Positions 20,001 through 30,383 of a stretch of 64,000 bases of DNA are shown piece by piece. How positions within the stretch are numbered: the stretch's first letter is position 1; each line of letters begins with the position of its first letter. The DNA is from Paramoeba atlantica (lineage: Eukaryota > Protista > Discosea), in the NCBI GenBank assembly GCA_977017575.1, contig CDRNVI010000093.1:29571-93570 (forward strand), given 5' to 3'. The notes under the pieces were generated by a model that saw only the letters and a program-made list of their open reading frames with translations, ran no database searches and had not been told where the DNA came from. The position numbers were made by a program, and so were the translations under genes.

Positions 20001-23000
20001 TTCTCAGAATTCGATAGTTGTGCGAATGCGTGAAGACTGTGGAACATGCGTTGAAGGGGGCGTACGTGCACTGCCCACGTCGGCGTAGTACGAGCCACTC
20101 CTGCAACACAGACTTCGTAATGAGAAGATTTTCGGAGACTGTCTCTTAGAAAAGTGACGTAAAAGGTACGTGAAACCTCTCGAGAAGGTGTCCCTCGTGC
20201 CAAAGCAAGGGCCATAAGCTTCAGATTAACATACCATGGAGTGTTCGGTGAAGTTAAAGGAAGCAGTAACGTCGAGCTAAGACACTGACGATATCGAGCA
20301 CAGCATAAAGACACTGCATGGTACCATTGGTCAACGCTGGGCTGACAGAGCCCGTAAACTAATCCTGAAACCCGAGTACTTTCTGCAGTATATTTTCGCA
20401 CGAGTCGAAGAACCACTCTTGAGGAATCGGCTAGACCACGGCGAACCATGTACGTGGCCAATGAGTAGACCTCCCTGCGACATTTAAAACGGGCTAAAGT
20501 ACGCAGTGCATGCACAAACAAATTTTGACAACGATCTCTGAGGCAAGAGCAATTCCTGTCATTGTGGGGGCATGAAAAATACAAACTCAATGAATTTTTT
20601 TCGTGTAAATTCTGCAGCTGTGTAACAACTTCCAGCGTTAAACGCCACGACGCTGAAACTGCTCGAAACATTGCGCTCGGTTTTGTTCTTTGAATGCAGT
20701 ACAATGCAGCTGCCCAATGTGTTTCTAGAATACAGCTCGGCACACCACGCATAGAATTTATAATAGTCCTGCTATAGAAGTTCGTAGAGCAAAGTGTGAC
20801 CCCCTCCAATTCTCCCAGGGTTGGCGCATTTATTCCTCTATGATTAGAAAAACGCGTGCACTGTAAAGTAACACTTTCAATCCATCTTTCATCGTAATGA
20901 AACGTTGAATCTAAGGACAACGTTAAAAATAGCAGCAATTCCTCGCGTTTGTTTTCCTGCAGAAGCCTTTTGTGTGTCACTTGAACGTGATCAACGAAAA
21001 GGCACTGGCGAAGGGCGAGAATGAATAGCGTGCGTAGTATAGTCATAACCGAAATACTCGCAAATGGTTCCTTTTCAAGCATACAATGGATTCGAACAAG
21101 GTACGAATGCCTCCAACTCTTTGTCTTCGAATGACTCATTGGGGTGTCAAGTAAATGCCTGTAAATGCGCCGTATCTCCGTAGAAATTGAAATGGGAAGA
21201 TCCATACCTTCCCCCCTTTTCACAACGGAAAACAGATTAGTGGTTCCCTTAGACGCCTTGATTTTGTGCTTCGTCGTATTGGTAATGTACAGTAGCAGCC
21301 GGGAAGTCAGAGCTGGATAGAATTTCATGTTTCGAAACACTATGTTTACCCATTCCACATAGTTACAGGATACTCTAAGGTAATACTCTGATACGGATTG
21401 TAGACGAAGAGACTCTTGGTCAAGGTTTAGAAGTGCTGGAATTCTTTTCCCTGAAAATAACGTTTTCGTTGACTTAAGATTCAATTTATTTTCGTGTTCT
21501 GTAATGAACGCTTCTTTTTCATCCCAGAGCAAATCAGTGAGGCGCAATATAACGTCAACAGGAAGGCGCACGGGTAGTCGAAATCTTATTTCATCATCTA
21601 AAGCTGGATTGATTACCTGCAAAAAGACAGAAAGATGAGTGCAACTTGACTTTAAGCTAGGTCTAAAGTAAGCTGGATGAAGTAACAATCTTGACAGTTC
21701 GTGTCCGTCGCAGTTTCGCGAAAGTTGTACGGCTATGGAATAAGGCAATTCGACTTCATTTATTTTGCGAGCATCTCTGATCAACTGGGAATCAAACCGT
21801 GCAAAGCTTTCTTTTGAATGACAATGAGTGTCTGAGTCATGTTTTGGTGTCCACTGCACGCCGCTTCGCGTACAAATGGCGCGAAACGAATGAAGTGCTC
21901 TCTCCCAATCCATTACAGTCACATCCTTCACTTTTGTGGCTCCTTGAAGCTTATTCCCCAGTATTGAGTTGAGCTGCAAAATAGAACCAATGTCTCCGAA
22001 TGAAAGTTTATCATTTTCGGCATGCAAATTCTTTAAAAGCAAAGGGTTGCAAAAACAATCTCGTAGCGTGTTAACTGCTTTAGCATTCTCTTCGAGTAGA
22101 CCAAAGACTTCTTGTTGCATGATATGAATCGCCAGAATGAGGGATTCTCCCGCAGGCATTCTCATCGCTGAGTATAACAGGTAATTTCCGTATCTGTATA
22201 TATTTCGTTTGCGTTCTGCAACGTGTACGCGATGTACGAACCAAGACAGCGGTGTTAAAAAATAGTCTGTGGTAGCATGCCTCAGAGCCCATGGACGAGA
22301 AACGGCAAGCGCAGCAAATATTTTGTAAGTGGAAGCACTAGAGATCGATGAAACTTCTATGGAATCTTCTGATTCGCGACACAGCCCTCCTGGTGATTCT
22401 CTGGCTCTTGCAAATAGTTTGCGTTCCTTTGGTAGTTTGGGCTTTAATTGATGTTTTTTCAGCGCTGCCGCGTAATGGCTGAGAATTACTTCCCACGGAG
22501 GAACAATCCATCTGGAAATTTTCACGTTATCACTTTGATTCAATCTACGAATACCAGAATCTACATCAGTACCAATAATTTCAATGAAATTTGGCATTTC
22601 CACATGATGAACCAAGACGTCAATAAATTTTCTTCCGCCGGAGCTTAACGATAGATTCCAAGCTACTTCGGTGTGACCACCGAAATTCGAATTTAAAAAA
22701 TTTGTTCCCCTGTCTTCGCCTATCTCGCTATGAAAAGGAACGTTCTTTGAAGCCTGTTGCAACATAAATGCTTGAAGGAAGTCTCCGACATCCCAATTAC
22801 ACTTTATTTGCAAAGAGGGGAAGTATTTTTCGATCAGCAAACGGCCAGTAGGACAGTGACGCAGCAAAGCATGCATTTCAATCCTGCTTCGTTCTTGGAA
22901 TTCAGGAATCGTTACATCATGATGGGAAGTCGGATCTCGGTTATCTGCTCCAAGAGGGTCATCACACAGATATTTTGCGTAAGTTCTTATGTAATAATGA

Positions 23001-26000
23001 GCAGTTGTGCGTGATATAGGAGCGGCACTCAATAACCATGCCCGAAGGTCGTTCTCCTGCATTGGTCGTACATTTGCCGCCTTGTTCAGAGGAAGACGTT
23101 TTCTTTCTGCACGCAACATAATCTTGTTAAAGTTGGGGTACCTTTGGCCAGTAGTCTTTTCTTCGGATGGAACATACAGTGTGTTTTCTAGGTTTGTAGT
23201 CTTGTGATAAAGTCTGTGGCGCAACAACAATTCAATGAGGTGTCCGTGTACCCTTGCCCCCTCAAAATTAAGCCAAACATGAATGGCGGCCGTCCAAAGT
23301 GGTCCGATAGATAGGAATTTTGACAAGGAAAAAGGAAATTCGGGTCGTTTGCCTCCAACTACACATTCGTCCACACCTTTCGCTACCGCACTACACCGTA
23401 TGAGTCGGAACAAAGCAGCGTAGTCTAACCGTTTCAAAAGAATTGTGTCAAAGGTGTTATCCATAAAAAGGCAAACCGGTGCCGCAATGGTGTCCAGAAT
23501 CCCCTTGGATGGAATCTTGGGAACAGTATACAACAAAGCTGAAGCGTATGGAGATAAATGAAAGGGGGCGCTGCTGTAGGGCCATACCGTCCCATTCTGG
23601 CGCCAGCTTTCAACCACGTACACGACAACTTTCCAAGGAGTTGTGAGCTTCTCTCCTAACCAGCGATTTGTACATACATGAGAAGGAAAATCGGATATTA
23701 AGCTCCGGAGTAGCGCTTCAAAAATTGCCAGAGGTACTTTCCGCATCTTATTGCAACGAATCAAACGAAGCGCCTCCATCCATGAAGGTACCTCAATATA
23801 TTTTTGTTTCACGAGCGATTTTGATAAGTGATGCACATGACTTATAGTACTGTCACTTTGTAAAACTGCAAGAGCGAGATTCCATAAGGTGTTTTCTAAA
23901 AGTATGGTAGCCGCATGCAAACGAGCAAGCGTAGGAACGCTCTTCCTCATGCGTGCCATTTTCCACACAATGTTGGAGCACACACTTTTTAATTGTAGTG
24001 ACACAACGCGTTTAGACTTCAGTTGACCCAGACGCCTCAAGCACAAAATACATAATCGCCAAGAGGAAAATGAGTGTCCCGCTCCTACGGATACGTCGTA
24101 TGCATAGCGTAGCGTAATAGCACACTGCTCCCATGAGGCTGCACTGGAGAGAACTGATATAAGCTCCGTTTCAGTTGGGCGAAATTTTTCCTTTGTAGGA
24201 TGTTCGAATTCTTCAAGCTGGCCAGTAGCATCTGCTGAGCTCCTTTTGCAGAAGTCACCAATTGTTCGACGTTCATACAAGGCGTGGCGTCTGTATGCAA
24301 GTATATCACCCAACAGATTAACAGCGCGCCACCAAGAAAGACAATGACTTTTTAGAAGGTAAAGCGCCCAGACTTGAAGGGAACCGTGTGCTGCTGTCTG
24401 CAAGCGTCTCGAATTGGTATACATTTCCCACGATTTCTCCGGTTTTTTATGCAAAGCACGCATTACATAAGATAATGCGAAGTCGGATACAGCGCAATTA
24501 TATTTCTGTGATCGTTCGTATAGCGATAGGATTGAGTCACTGTTTCGTGTACTGCTTTCCTTGCTATGAGCATTGGTGCCCAGATTACTGTGCTTTGGAG
24601 GAGGTAAGTCCATACAGGCACCAAGAGAAGCAATAATAAACGAAACAAGCTTCGGTTTGTATAGGACAGAAACACTATCCTGACTGAAATGGCAGGCAAG
24701 AATTTCTAGCGAAACAAAAGCCTGAATTGCCACTATCCATTCTGTAGCCTGAATTTTGTTTTTGATTACGAATGTAGGTGTAGATCGACTTTGGGCAACT
24801 AGGGGACGCTGCCCGAGTAGCACCTCGTCTTCACCGTAAGCATTTCTTAACACAGTGTAAGAATATTTTTTCACTTCTTTTGAATCAGTTTTTGGAAACA
24901 AGACGGAGAGTGTTCGGCTTGAGAATGCAATTTCACGTTTTGCGGTCCGTTCTCCGTCATAAACATATTCCAAAATGCCTTGTGCTAGCCATTCTAGCTT
25001 TGATGTTGTCAATAGGGTCTGATGTCGCGCTTCCTCCGGCTGTCTTCTTAATAAATCCAATACAAGAACTGACAAATCAGGGTAGAATCGGACAAGGGCT
25101 TTTGCTGAACCTTCCGTTGAAAAAATGCAAAAAGTATCGAAAATTCTAGGAATCATTGACAGGAAAGGACTCAATTGATTGCCTTCCTGACGAACATTCG
25201 CCGATGTATTAGTTTCTTTTCGCGTGGCCAATGTTCTTAACGAATACGATTTTTTATTAGAGCTTAATATATTTTCGATAGAGCAAGAAGGTACGATGTT
25301 CGATTCTTCAAGCCTAGAGGATTCAAAGCTTTTAGGGAACGGTTTAGAAAATTTTAAACATTCCGGCGGAAATAGGGACTTTGTAAAGAGCTTCATCTCA
25401 TGGTGCAACACATTCTCTTCAGCCGGAACGTTCCATTGAGAGTATCTATCTCTTTCTGGCATTTGATCTGTCGAATTTTCTAAATCTTGTGCAGGAGTGG
25501 CGGTTTCAGACTCTGTGGTATTATTTTCGCCCCTACACAGAGTACGTCCGTTACTACATTCATTATGAATGTAGTATGAATCATACGGACTTGGGTGCAA
25601 GGTAGAAGCATTATCTGTTGGACACCTTTGGTCTCTAATTTTTTGTTGAAACAATTCTTTTTCATTACGAATACTCAAGAATAGGCCAGATAAAAAAGCG
25701 CTCTTTTTTCTCATAAGTGCTTGATCAAGTAGTAGTCTGCGAGGATACAGTGATTTACTGGTTGAGAGCGTATTTTCTATCATCGTATTTCCGGAAAATT
25801 TTTGTTGAGAATGCGGCTTTCCAAAGAAATATCGTATCGAAAAATCTTTGTGCGTTTCTTCACAAATCGTAGCTAATTCTTCTAACAAAGGTAGATCCTT
25901 AGATTCGGGCGAAATTATCGTAGACGGCGAATCCGATAGGCTAGGGTCCTGCAATAAATACGATGGTTGCTCCAAAAGTTTCTTTGTATCTTCCTCAACG

Positions 26001-26428
26001 TAGCATTCGTCATGTACATATTCGTTCACAAGAGGGCTTTCGAAGGAAAGCTCAATAAAAGTGTCATAATTTGACTTCATTGAATATCGGGAAGGAAAAC
26101 GAGTAGAGTGTGCTGTACTCTTTTTCATTTGAAGCGAATCAGGCGTCGCATTGAGGTATGCATCTATTTTGGTTCGAGATGTAGGGCTAGAATTTGTCTC
26201 CACGGTGTCATCTAAATTTCTTCGATCATGTGCGGAATAAATTTTTTTTGAATCACCTTGAAAGCTGAAATTCGGAGCGCTCTTATGAAAAAGAAATGCG
26301 GAGGTCTGCCGCAAAAAGTGCATTCTAGAAATGCTCCTATTCATTGCGTCCAAGAAGGAAACCTTACCAAATGATGAATATTTTGGAGTGCACAATTGAT
26401 TTCCATCGTGGAAGGTGTGGTCAAGCAA
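17021..26428 (-). CDS. Giant (about 3100 aa) degenerate PPR-like helical-repeat protein, probably mitochondrial; probable start at 26344 or 26323
   Basis: Uninterrupted 9.4-kb ORF with roughly 20 W-x-x-(A/small)-(L/I/V) helix motifs (WNLALAVL, WMEALRLI, WERALHSF, WAAALYCI, WICALHLF, WSSALELV, WNKAMALL, WEIALHHM and others). The N-terminus MHFLRQTSAFLFHKS is presequence-like. Confidence 0.7.
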   Translation of the reverse strand: MLDHTFHDGNQLCTPKYSSFGKVSFLDAMNRSISRMHFLRQTSAFLFHKSAPNFSFQGDSKKIYSAHDRRNLDDTVETNSSPTSRTKIDAYLNATPDSLQMKKSTAHSTRFPSRYSMKSNYDTFIELSFESPLVNEYVHDECYVEEDTKKLLEQPSYLLQDPSLSDSPSTIISPESKDLPLLEELATICEETHKDFSIRYFFGKPHSQQKFSGNTMIENTLSTSKSLYPRRLLLDQALMRKKSAFLSGLFLSIRNEKELFQQKIRDQRCPTDNASTLHPSPYDSYYIHNECSNGRTLCRGENNTTESETATPAQDLENSTDQMPERDRYSQWNVPAEENVLHHEMKLFTKSLFPPECLKFSKPFPKSFESSRLEESNIVPSCSIENILSSNKKSYSLRTLATRKETNTSANVRQEGNQLSPFLSMIPRIFDTFCIFSTEGSAKALVRFYPDLSVLVLDLLRRQPEEARHQTLLTTSKLEWLAQGILEYVYDGERTAKREIAFSSRTLSVLFPKTDSKEVKKYSYTVLRNAYGEDEVLLGQRPLVAQSRSTPTFVIKNKIQATEWIVAIQAFVSLEILACHFSQDSVSVLYKPKLVSFIIASLGACMDLPPPKHSNLGTNAHSKESSTRNSDSILSLYERSQKYNCAVSDFALSYVMRALHKKPEKSWEMYTNSRRLQTAAHGSLQVWALYLLKSHCLSWWRAVNLLGDILAYRRHALYERRTIGDFCKRSSADATGQLEEFEHPTKEKFRPTETELISVLSSAASWEQCAITLRYAYDVSVGAGHSFSSWRLCILCLRRLGQLKSKRVVSLQLKSVCSNIVWKMARMRKSVPTLARLHAATILLENTLWNLALAVLQSDSTISHVHHLSKSLVKQKYIEVPSWMEALRLIRCNKMRKVPLAIFEALLRSLISDFPSHVCTNRWLGEKLTTPWKVVVYVVESWRQNGTVWPYSSAPFHLSPYASALLYTVPKIPSKGILDTIAAPVCLFMDNTFDTILLKRLDYAALFRLIRCSAVAKGVDECVVGGKRPEFPFSLSKFLSIGPLWTAAIHVWLNFEGARVHGHLIELLLRHRLYHKTTNLENTLYVPSEEKTTGQRYPNFNKIMLRAERKRLPLNKAANVRPMQENDLRAWLLSAAPISRTTAHYYIRTYAKYLCDDPLGADNRDPTSHHDVTIPEFQERSRIEMHALLRHCPTGRLLIEKYFPSLQIKCNWDVGDFLQAFMLQQASKNVPFHSEIGEDRGTNFLNSNFGGHTEVAWNLSLSSGGRKFIDVLVHHVEMPNFIEIIGTDVDSGIRRLNQSDNVKISRWIVPPWEVILSHYAAALKKHQLKPKLPKERKLFARARESPGGLCRESEDSIEVSSISSASTYKIFAALAVSRPWALRHATTDYFLTPLSWFVHRVHVAERKRNIYRYGNYLLYSAMRMPAGESLILAIHIMQQEVFGLLEENAKAVNTLRDCFCNPLLLKNLHAENDKLSFGDIGSILQLNSILGNKLQGATKVKDVTVMDWERALHSFRAICTRSGVQWTPKHDSDTHCHSKESFARFDSQLIRDARKINEVELPYSIAVQLSRNCDGHELSRLLLHPAYFRPSLKSSCTHLSVFLQVINPALDDEIRFRLPVRLPVDVILRLTDLLWDEKEAFITEHENKLNLKSTKTLFSGKRIPALLNLDQESLRLQSVSEYYLRVSCNYVEWVNIVFRNMKFYPALTSRLLLYITNTTKHKIKASKGTTNLFSVVKRGEGMDLPISISTEIRRIYRHLLDTPMSHSKTKSWRHSYLVRIHCMLEKEPFASISVMTILRTLFILALRQCLFVDHVQVTHKRLLQENKREELLLFLTLSLDSTFHYDERWIESVTLQCTRFSNHRGINAPTLGELEGVTLCSTNFYSRTIINSMRGVPSCILETHWAAALYCIQRTKPSAMFRAVSASWRLTLEVVTQLQNLHEKNSLSLYFSCPHNDRNCSCLRDRCQNLFVHALRTLARFKCRREVYSLATYMVRRGLADSSRVVLRLVRKYTAESTRVSGLVYGLCQPSVDQWYHAVSLCCARYRQCLSSTLLLPLTSPNTPWYVNLKLMALALARGTPSREVSRTFYVTFLRDSLRKSSHYEVCVAGVARTTPTWAVHVRPLQRMFHSLHAFAQLSNSENSYANLSLERPVQWICALHLFAQYKATCAPVLSIVANGMVRSLHTKTDLCMKFYHNIRQTSLSKEALTLCLDVAVKKARWMDCCRIVLHQVRSEPYVSDPLRSAVLRLFIMCSTDTVLFEALLSSPKLVSAKSPVSPKTDEIRNRKTGEKKQFSALDYTVISKSCLEMLLVTAVQFGRWQYVLMMCNENTSPPEMGSQLRDDDALRKIIISALAKLAPSYLYQFVVHSDDFLIPVAVLLHHYQLLFQSLVSSRTATQSHEGDSNVILEGGSSLPATLQSLNDLNFAMRRPVSQKLWNILSHLSENLHLIAKKDPALMANEQAWALIIDFIRYKIPVSLFIRFCWEPLNRTHSLSRDQNKTYQENFLDVPTNMYYSDFLKRSGVSIWNPLARLASFAGDWKSSLAALRALSTQSRATDSHSISSQGYLFLLIRAFIAELLQKRALHHSSLSTDVAIRMLGWALRLSYSLPVEAIVNNTSPGQSHACSETLALYSYEFCQRLLRFLTFPSAIGKNVVKSTNSHSFGTEFADSWSSALELVFSTRTEDKSFCFPPQILFADIIFSCLARFCPGNWNKAMALLSTACSNILDDGKKVWQNLGLKAALQPRTIGATICLLHQARQWKRSVRLYNFYNEQKATSCPLLEIKERVRQRPRDKLHISHDPTLALCFTLAQGHNMWQFVLKIVNELDFTSHNEGLETAQAAQIRAARAQYILQINILGIQLCWKLRRLKTAFVILRKSLCQHGRYLLDEKNQRSLALLENKRIEVGLSNLEERPSKYISLLNWACVVGFKITYSLKELIERENESSACDAYVATKRYSEIGVRWRNCLTMLQLCWQEKVPFLPKTQIFVTRMLLKVTPWEIALHHMQRIIVLSFPLNTQKTTFIESNKLEETSSHLEQLFPISKTKVQTHLLNEVLKTLISLIIRAPAKLPHPSQRVIETVYTTMEQTSPLTHYWMALFYQTHELKLSRSSVARYKYHVARLHSSMGQRGSS

Positions 26429-26729
26429 ATGTCAGCTGGTTTCATTACCATACTTTTCAACTGTACGTGAAACTCTGTTTGTATCACCATGAATTTCGGA
26501 GCGAGCTACTGCTGAATAGAATCTCCGGTGTTAAGAATCGACAATCTCCATCTTCGGTGTTAGGAAATCGCAAGGTTTTCTGAAAATCAACATATCGAAG
26601 AAAAACAAATAAGAGTAATGTAAAAGTTTGCAACACAAGCTAGTATACTTCACAACTTACCTTTTTAGATACAGTGTAGCATTGACTAATGAAAGCTTTT
26701 GTGAGGCAGCAAATGACACTGATGTGGTA

Positions 26730-28172
26730 TTATTCAAGCTGAGAAAAAAAGTCGTCATTCTTCTTGGACTGCTTAGAGGTTTTTGCTGTCTCACAAGATA
26801 TACGCACCGCACCAGTAGATCTGTCGTAAGATTCATCTTCTATAGGTTCATGTTTGTGTGTTCCATAAATTTCGTTTGCAGGAAACGTGGTCGAATCTTC
26901 TCCCACTTGATTTCCAGACTCACATACAGTGTCTGCAGAATCAGTGAGCGTGGTTTGGAGAAATCTTGAAACATCTACGAAGTTTATATCCTCGTCACAC
27001 GCCATGACACAGATTTCAGATGAGTAACTCAGCGCGAAGCAGTGAATACCTCCACCCGAGTCTGCTTCATGAATAGTTTCCGTTGAAATCTCCATATATG
27101 GTTGTAACCCTAAGCAACACAGTTTCGCTTCTTCAGTGCCCACAAGGGCCCGACTGCGTTGCAAGCGGGTAGCCTTAGGTGCTACTTCCTTGATTACGTG
27201 AAGACAACTCAGTCCACTACCACAGCACTTTCTTCTGCGCGGTTCATCGACGCTAGTCGTGAGATCAGATACAGACCATGAACACAGACATCCATTTGAC
27301 AACGCACAGTGTACAAGACTGTCTACCCCACCGGCTCCGATGTCCCAATCCATTGCAACAATGTCCGCCTGACGTGATTTGAGCGCCTGGGTGAACCCAA
27401 GTGCTTTCCCTGCGCGTCGCAAATCGAACAGCCCTACGGTTCCATCCCCGGAGCTAGAGGCCATGATATACTGCAGACTCGGTCCTTTCTGCGTTACCAC
27501 GTTTCGCGTATCCCCAAGAAAGAGCAAGTCACTGATGTAGTCTGTGTGTCCATCCTCTTCAAAACGGAGAGAGGGAGATTTTGGGTTCCGTACGTCATAG
27601 GCGCAAATCACCCCGTATGTGTCACCCGCGACGAGCGTCCCACGCAACGCGGTGTTGGAATATACCGTAGAGGTGTTCTTTAAGAAAGGGTAGCTATCTA
27701 TTCCATTTCCGCTATCTATGAGCATTAATCGCTCCACAGGTCCCGCGTGCCATTTGCGTAAGGTTTTCCAGGTCTCGTGCTCATGCTCGAGATCGTAACA
27801 TCGTAGTCGACGATCGGCTCCGGCGGTGTACATTTGTGTCCCATTTTTGTCAAAGCGTATCGATCGAACGGATCGGGTGTGACGTCCAATTTTGTAGTAC
27901 AGCTTCCATTCTTTGTTCACTCTATTGAACATAAGAACCTCGCCGTTTATAAGGCCACAAGCAACCGATTCATGTTGTGGGTGGAATTCTAGGTCCAGAC
28001 AAGGGCACGAGAGGGGAATCCTCGTTAAGTCCTGATCCGCCTTCATTTCGAATGAATTTTTTAAGGGTTCGGTGAACGGATAACCGGTGAGAATAATAAT
28101 AATAATAAAAATAAAAAAAGTATGTGCAATGAAGAAAGAGCTTTTCAGCTCCAGCTCGACACTAGATCCCAA
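26730..28172 (-). CDS. WDR55: WD40-repeat protein, WDR55/JIP5-like; probable start at 28046
   Basis: LEFHP..VACGLINGEV, HTRSVRSIRFD..MYTAGAD, HTDYISDL and SSGDGTVGLFDLR, with an acidic C-terminus ending DDFFSQL. Confidence 0.72.
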   Translation of the reverse strand: MGSSVELELKSSFFIAHTFFIFIIIIILTGYPFTEPLKNSFEMKADQDLTRIPLSCPCLDLEFHPQHESVACGLINGEVLMFNRVNKEWKLYYKIGRHTRSVRSIRFDKNGTQMYTAGADRRLRCYDLEHEHETWKTLRKWHAGPVERLMLIDSGNGIDSYPFLKNTSTVYSNTALRGTLVAGDTYGVICAYDVRNPKSPSLRFEEDGHTDYISDLLFLGDTRNVVTQKGPSLQYIMASSSGDGTVGLFDLRRAGKALGFTQALKSRQADIVAMDWDIGAGGVDSLVHCALSNGCLCSWSVSDLTTSVDEPRRRKCCGSGLSCLHVIKEVAPKATRLQRSRALVGTEEAKLCCLGLQPYMEISTETIHEADSGGGIHCFALSYSSEICVMACDEDINFVDVSRFLQTTLTDSADTVCESGNQVGEDSTTFPANEIYGTHKHEPIEDESYDRSTGAVRISCETAKTSKQSKKNDDFFSQLE

Positions 28173-28841
28173 GCAAAATAGGTATACACGTATCTACACG
28201 GTATCGAAAACCTTGTGCATAACATTTTTCTTGTGAAAACGAACGGGATTGAATATGTTGTAAATAGTGTATTGATCACTGTAACAAGGGCGCTACCTTT
28301 CACATCAGTGAAAAAAAGTGAAAAAAGTATAATTTCCTGCTTGATCTTTCTTATGGTGAAAAACAGAAAGAAACTAGTGAGTAAATCCAGTTCAAGTGAA
28401 TATACATGTATACTGTACAAAAAATGCAGCTATGTAGTTGTACATATTCCAAGCAATCATTGTAGCGCGGTGTAGTTGAATACAAGTTCATAGTGTAGCC
28501 AAAACATTTAGTGAAGAAATATAGAGTGGTGCAAGATGAATTCGTGATGTGACTTTAAAAGTATCCTTAATATTCAAACAGTGTTCGAAAAATAGGAGTC
28601 ACGTAATGAAATTTCAATAAAAATAAATAGACTCGTTTGTTTGTTTAATATATTCTCTATTGTTTGCTTTAATATATTCTAATTAAGTTGAGTCTATTTG
28701 AATGACATAAATCGTTTTATTCAAACATGTGTAAAAAATATCGGTTATGGGTTACCTTCTCTGGGATGATACGTGCACATCAAATTGAAAGCTTTTTGTG
28801 GTACATACATGGGCGTGTTCACTCCACGTTTCTGCAGTAGA

Positions 28842-29744
28842 TTAACAATAGTGTGGTGTGGCGATAACCACCATGGTATCAAACCTTTCTGGCATTTGTT
28901 CCTTTCTGTCTGAAAAACTTGAGACGTTTGATTTTACTCCGCCTTTGTCTTGCGTCGCTCGAGCGCCCTCTTCAGTTCCAGGAGGGCGATTTCGAATTGT
29001 TTTCGGCAGAGTATAACTCGTCATTCGAGCCTCGTTTTTCCGGGTTAGACAGCCAAGGTTAATACGATGACGACGATTGATAATGGCTGTAAATCTCCAA
29101 CATATACGCTTCTTACTTTGCTCTCCATCAGGAAGAGCATCCTGCAGCGCCTCTAGTACTGCGGCATTTCCTTTTTCTGCAATTTCTGCTTCAGTCCTTG
29201 CCGACATCAGGCCATCACTGGTTGTCACTTCTTTGTATTTCTTCTCCAGTTTTTCTTGGATTGTCCGGAAAACACGCTCGGTCCGCGGACTTAATGGGAT
29301 CGATTTGGTTTCTTCATTTTGCAATTGCCCAGAACATTCCTTCGACTGTGCGCCTGATCCTACATTCTCACATGATTCATCAGTACCCTGTGGTAGCGAG
29401 AGAAAAAGCGGGGGTGGTGGTTCCACTTCAAAATAGGGGTCAAGATTTGGAGACGTCAATGTGAAGTGGCAAGTATCACTGAAAAGGCCAGAATTCACTC
29501 CAAGACTTTCCTGGAAACTAATTTCCTCACTTTGGGTGGGTCGATCTCGACGTAAGGGGACGTGGGCGAGTGTAGCATGCACGGAGGCATCACTTTCTCG
29601 AGTAAGATAGGCCGCGATGGTGGCAAAAGGATGGGTACGATTCAGCGGTGGATCGGCGGGTTCGACATCAGTCGGACCAAGACGTGGATCGTCAGGCAAG
29701 GAATCACAAAAGTCACGCGCGCTTTGATTTTCGGAGTGGTTCAT
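28842..29744 (-). CDS. Hypothetical protein (300 aa)
   Basis: ATG-initiated ORF on the cluster strand; no recognisable motif. Confidence 0.65.
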   Translation of the reverse strand: MNHSENQSARDFCDSLPDDPRLGPTDVEPADPPLNRTHPFATIAAYLTRESDASVHATLAHVPLRRDRPTQSEEISFQESLGVNSGLFSDTCHFTLTSPNLDPYFEVEPPPPLFLSLPQGTDESCENVGSGAQSKECSGQLQNEETKSIPLSPRTERVFRTIQEKLEKKYKEVTTSDGLMSARTEAEIAEKGNAAVLEALQDALPDGEQSKKRICWRFTAIINRRHRINLGCLTRKNEARMTSYTLPKTIRNRPPGTEEGARATQDKGGVKSNVSSFSDRKEQMPERFDTMVVIATPHYC

Positions 29745-29877
29745 TTTTGAGGTGTCACTTGACAGCAGCCAAGCATGTGGAGTAAAACTCTACGACCAAA
29801 AGTACTCGTGAAAAGAAAGTGGATTACAAAGTTCCTTCATCCGTTCTCCGAACGCTATATATTTTTCTTTTTTAGTT

Positions 29878-29966
29878 GCTTCGTTAAACGCGGTGGTTGA
29901 TTTCAACTTAGAAGTCACTCATGCTACGGACTTCGCGTTGAAAACTACCTCCGTGTCTAACGAAGC
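29878..29966. repeat. Imperfect 89-bp palindrome; one arm recurs at 39037-39074
   Basis: The left arm GCTTCGTTAAACGCGGTGGTTGATTTCAAC pairs with the right arm at 29931-29966. CTTCGCGTTGAAAACTACCTC (29931-29951) is the exact reverse complement of 39053-39073. Confidence 0.8.
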
Positions 29967-30067
29967 GACTAAAAAGGAAAACTTGGCTTCGAAATCGCAA
30001 GAAACCGAAGGGATTTCTAATCATTTGAGCCAACAACATAGCCTATTTGTGGGCAAAAATGGTGTCC

Positions 30068-30240
30068 TTTTTGCGTACTTTCGCTTTCAGAGCACTAATT
30101 CCGAGAATTGGTCCGAGAATTAGAACTTGGTCACCTCCGGGTGAGAGGGGGAATGTACGCCAAGACTCCGGCTACGCCTTTTTTTCGAAAAAAAATAGTG
30201 CGGTATGCCCCCTCCTCTAGAACCCCCCTGGACACCCCAA
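30068..30240 (-). repeat. Dispersed repeat copy B (related to 2670-2795; motifs also resemble the inner part of the Tc1 TIR)
   Basis: Manual alignment; see copy A. Confidence 0.55.
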
Positions 30241-30383
30241 GGCTCCGAATTTGTTTTGTCAAATTTGGACCACCGGAGCCCCTTTTATAATTTTTCTTTT
30301 ATTATTACTGTGTTCTTCTTTTTTTTTTACTGTTTTTGTTCGTTGTTTTCAATAATCGAGGGCGGTAGTAACCAACGGGTGGA

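Noticed and set aside
30068-30190. tRNA gene (also considered for 2670-2765)
   Set aside because: A/B-box-like motifs are present, but I could find no acceptor stem, anticodon arm or canonical T-loop.
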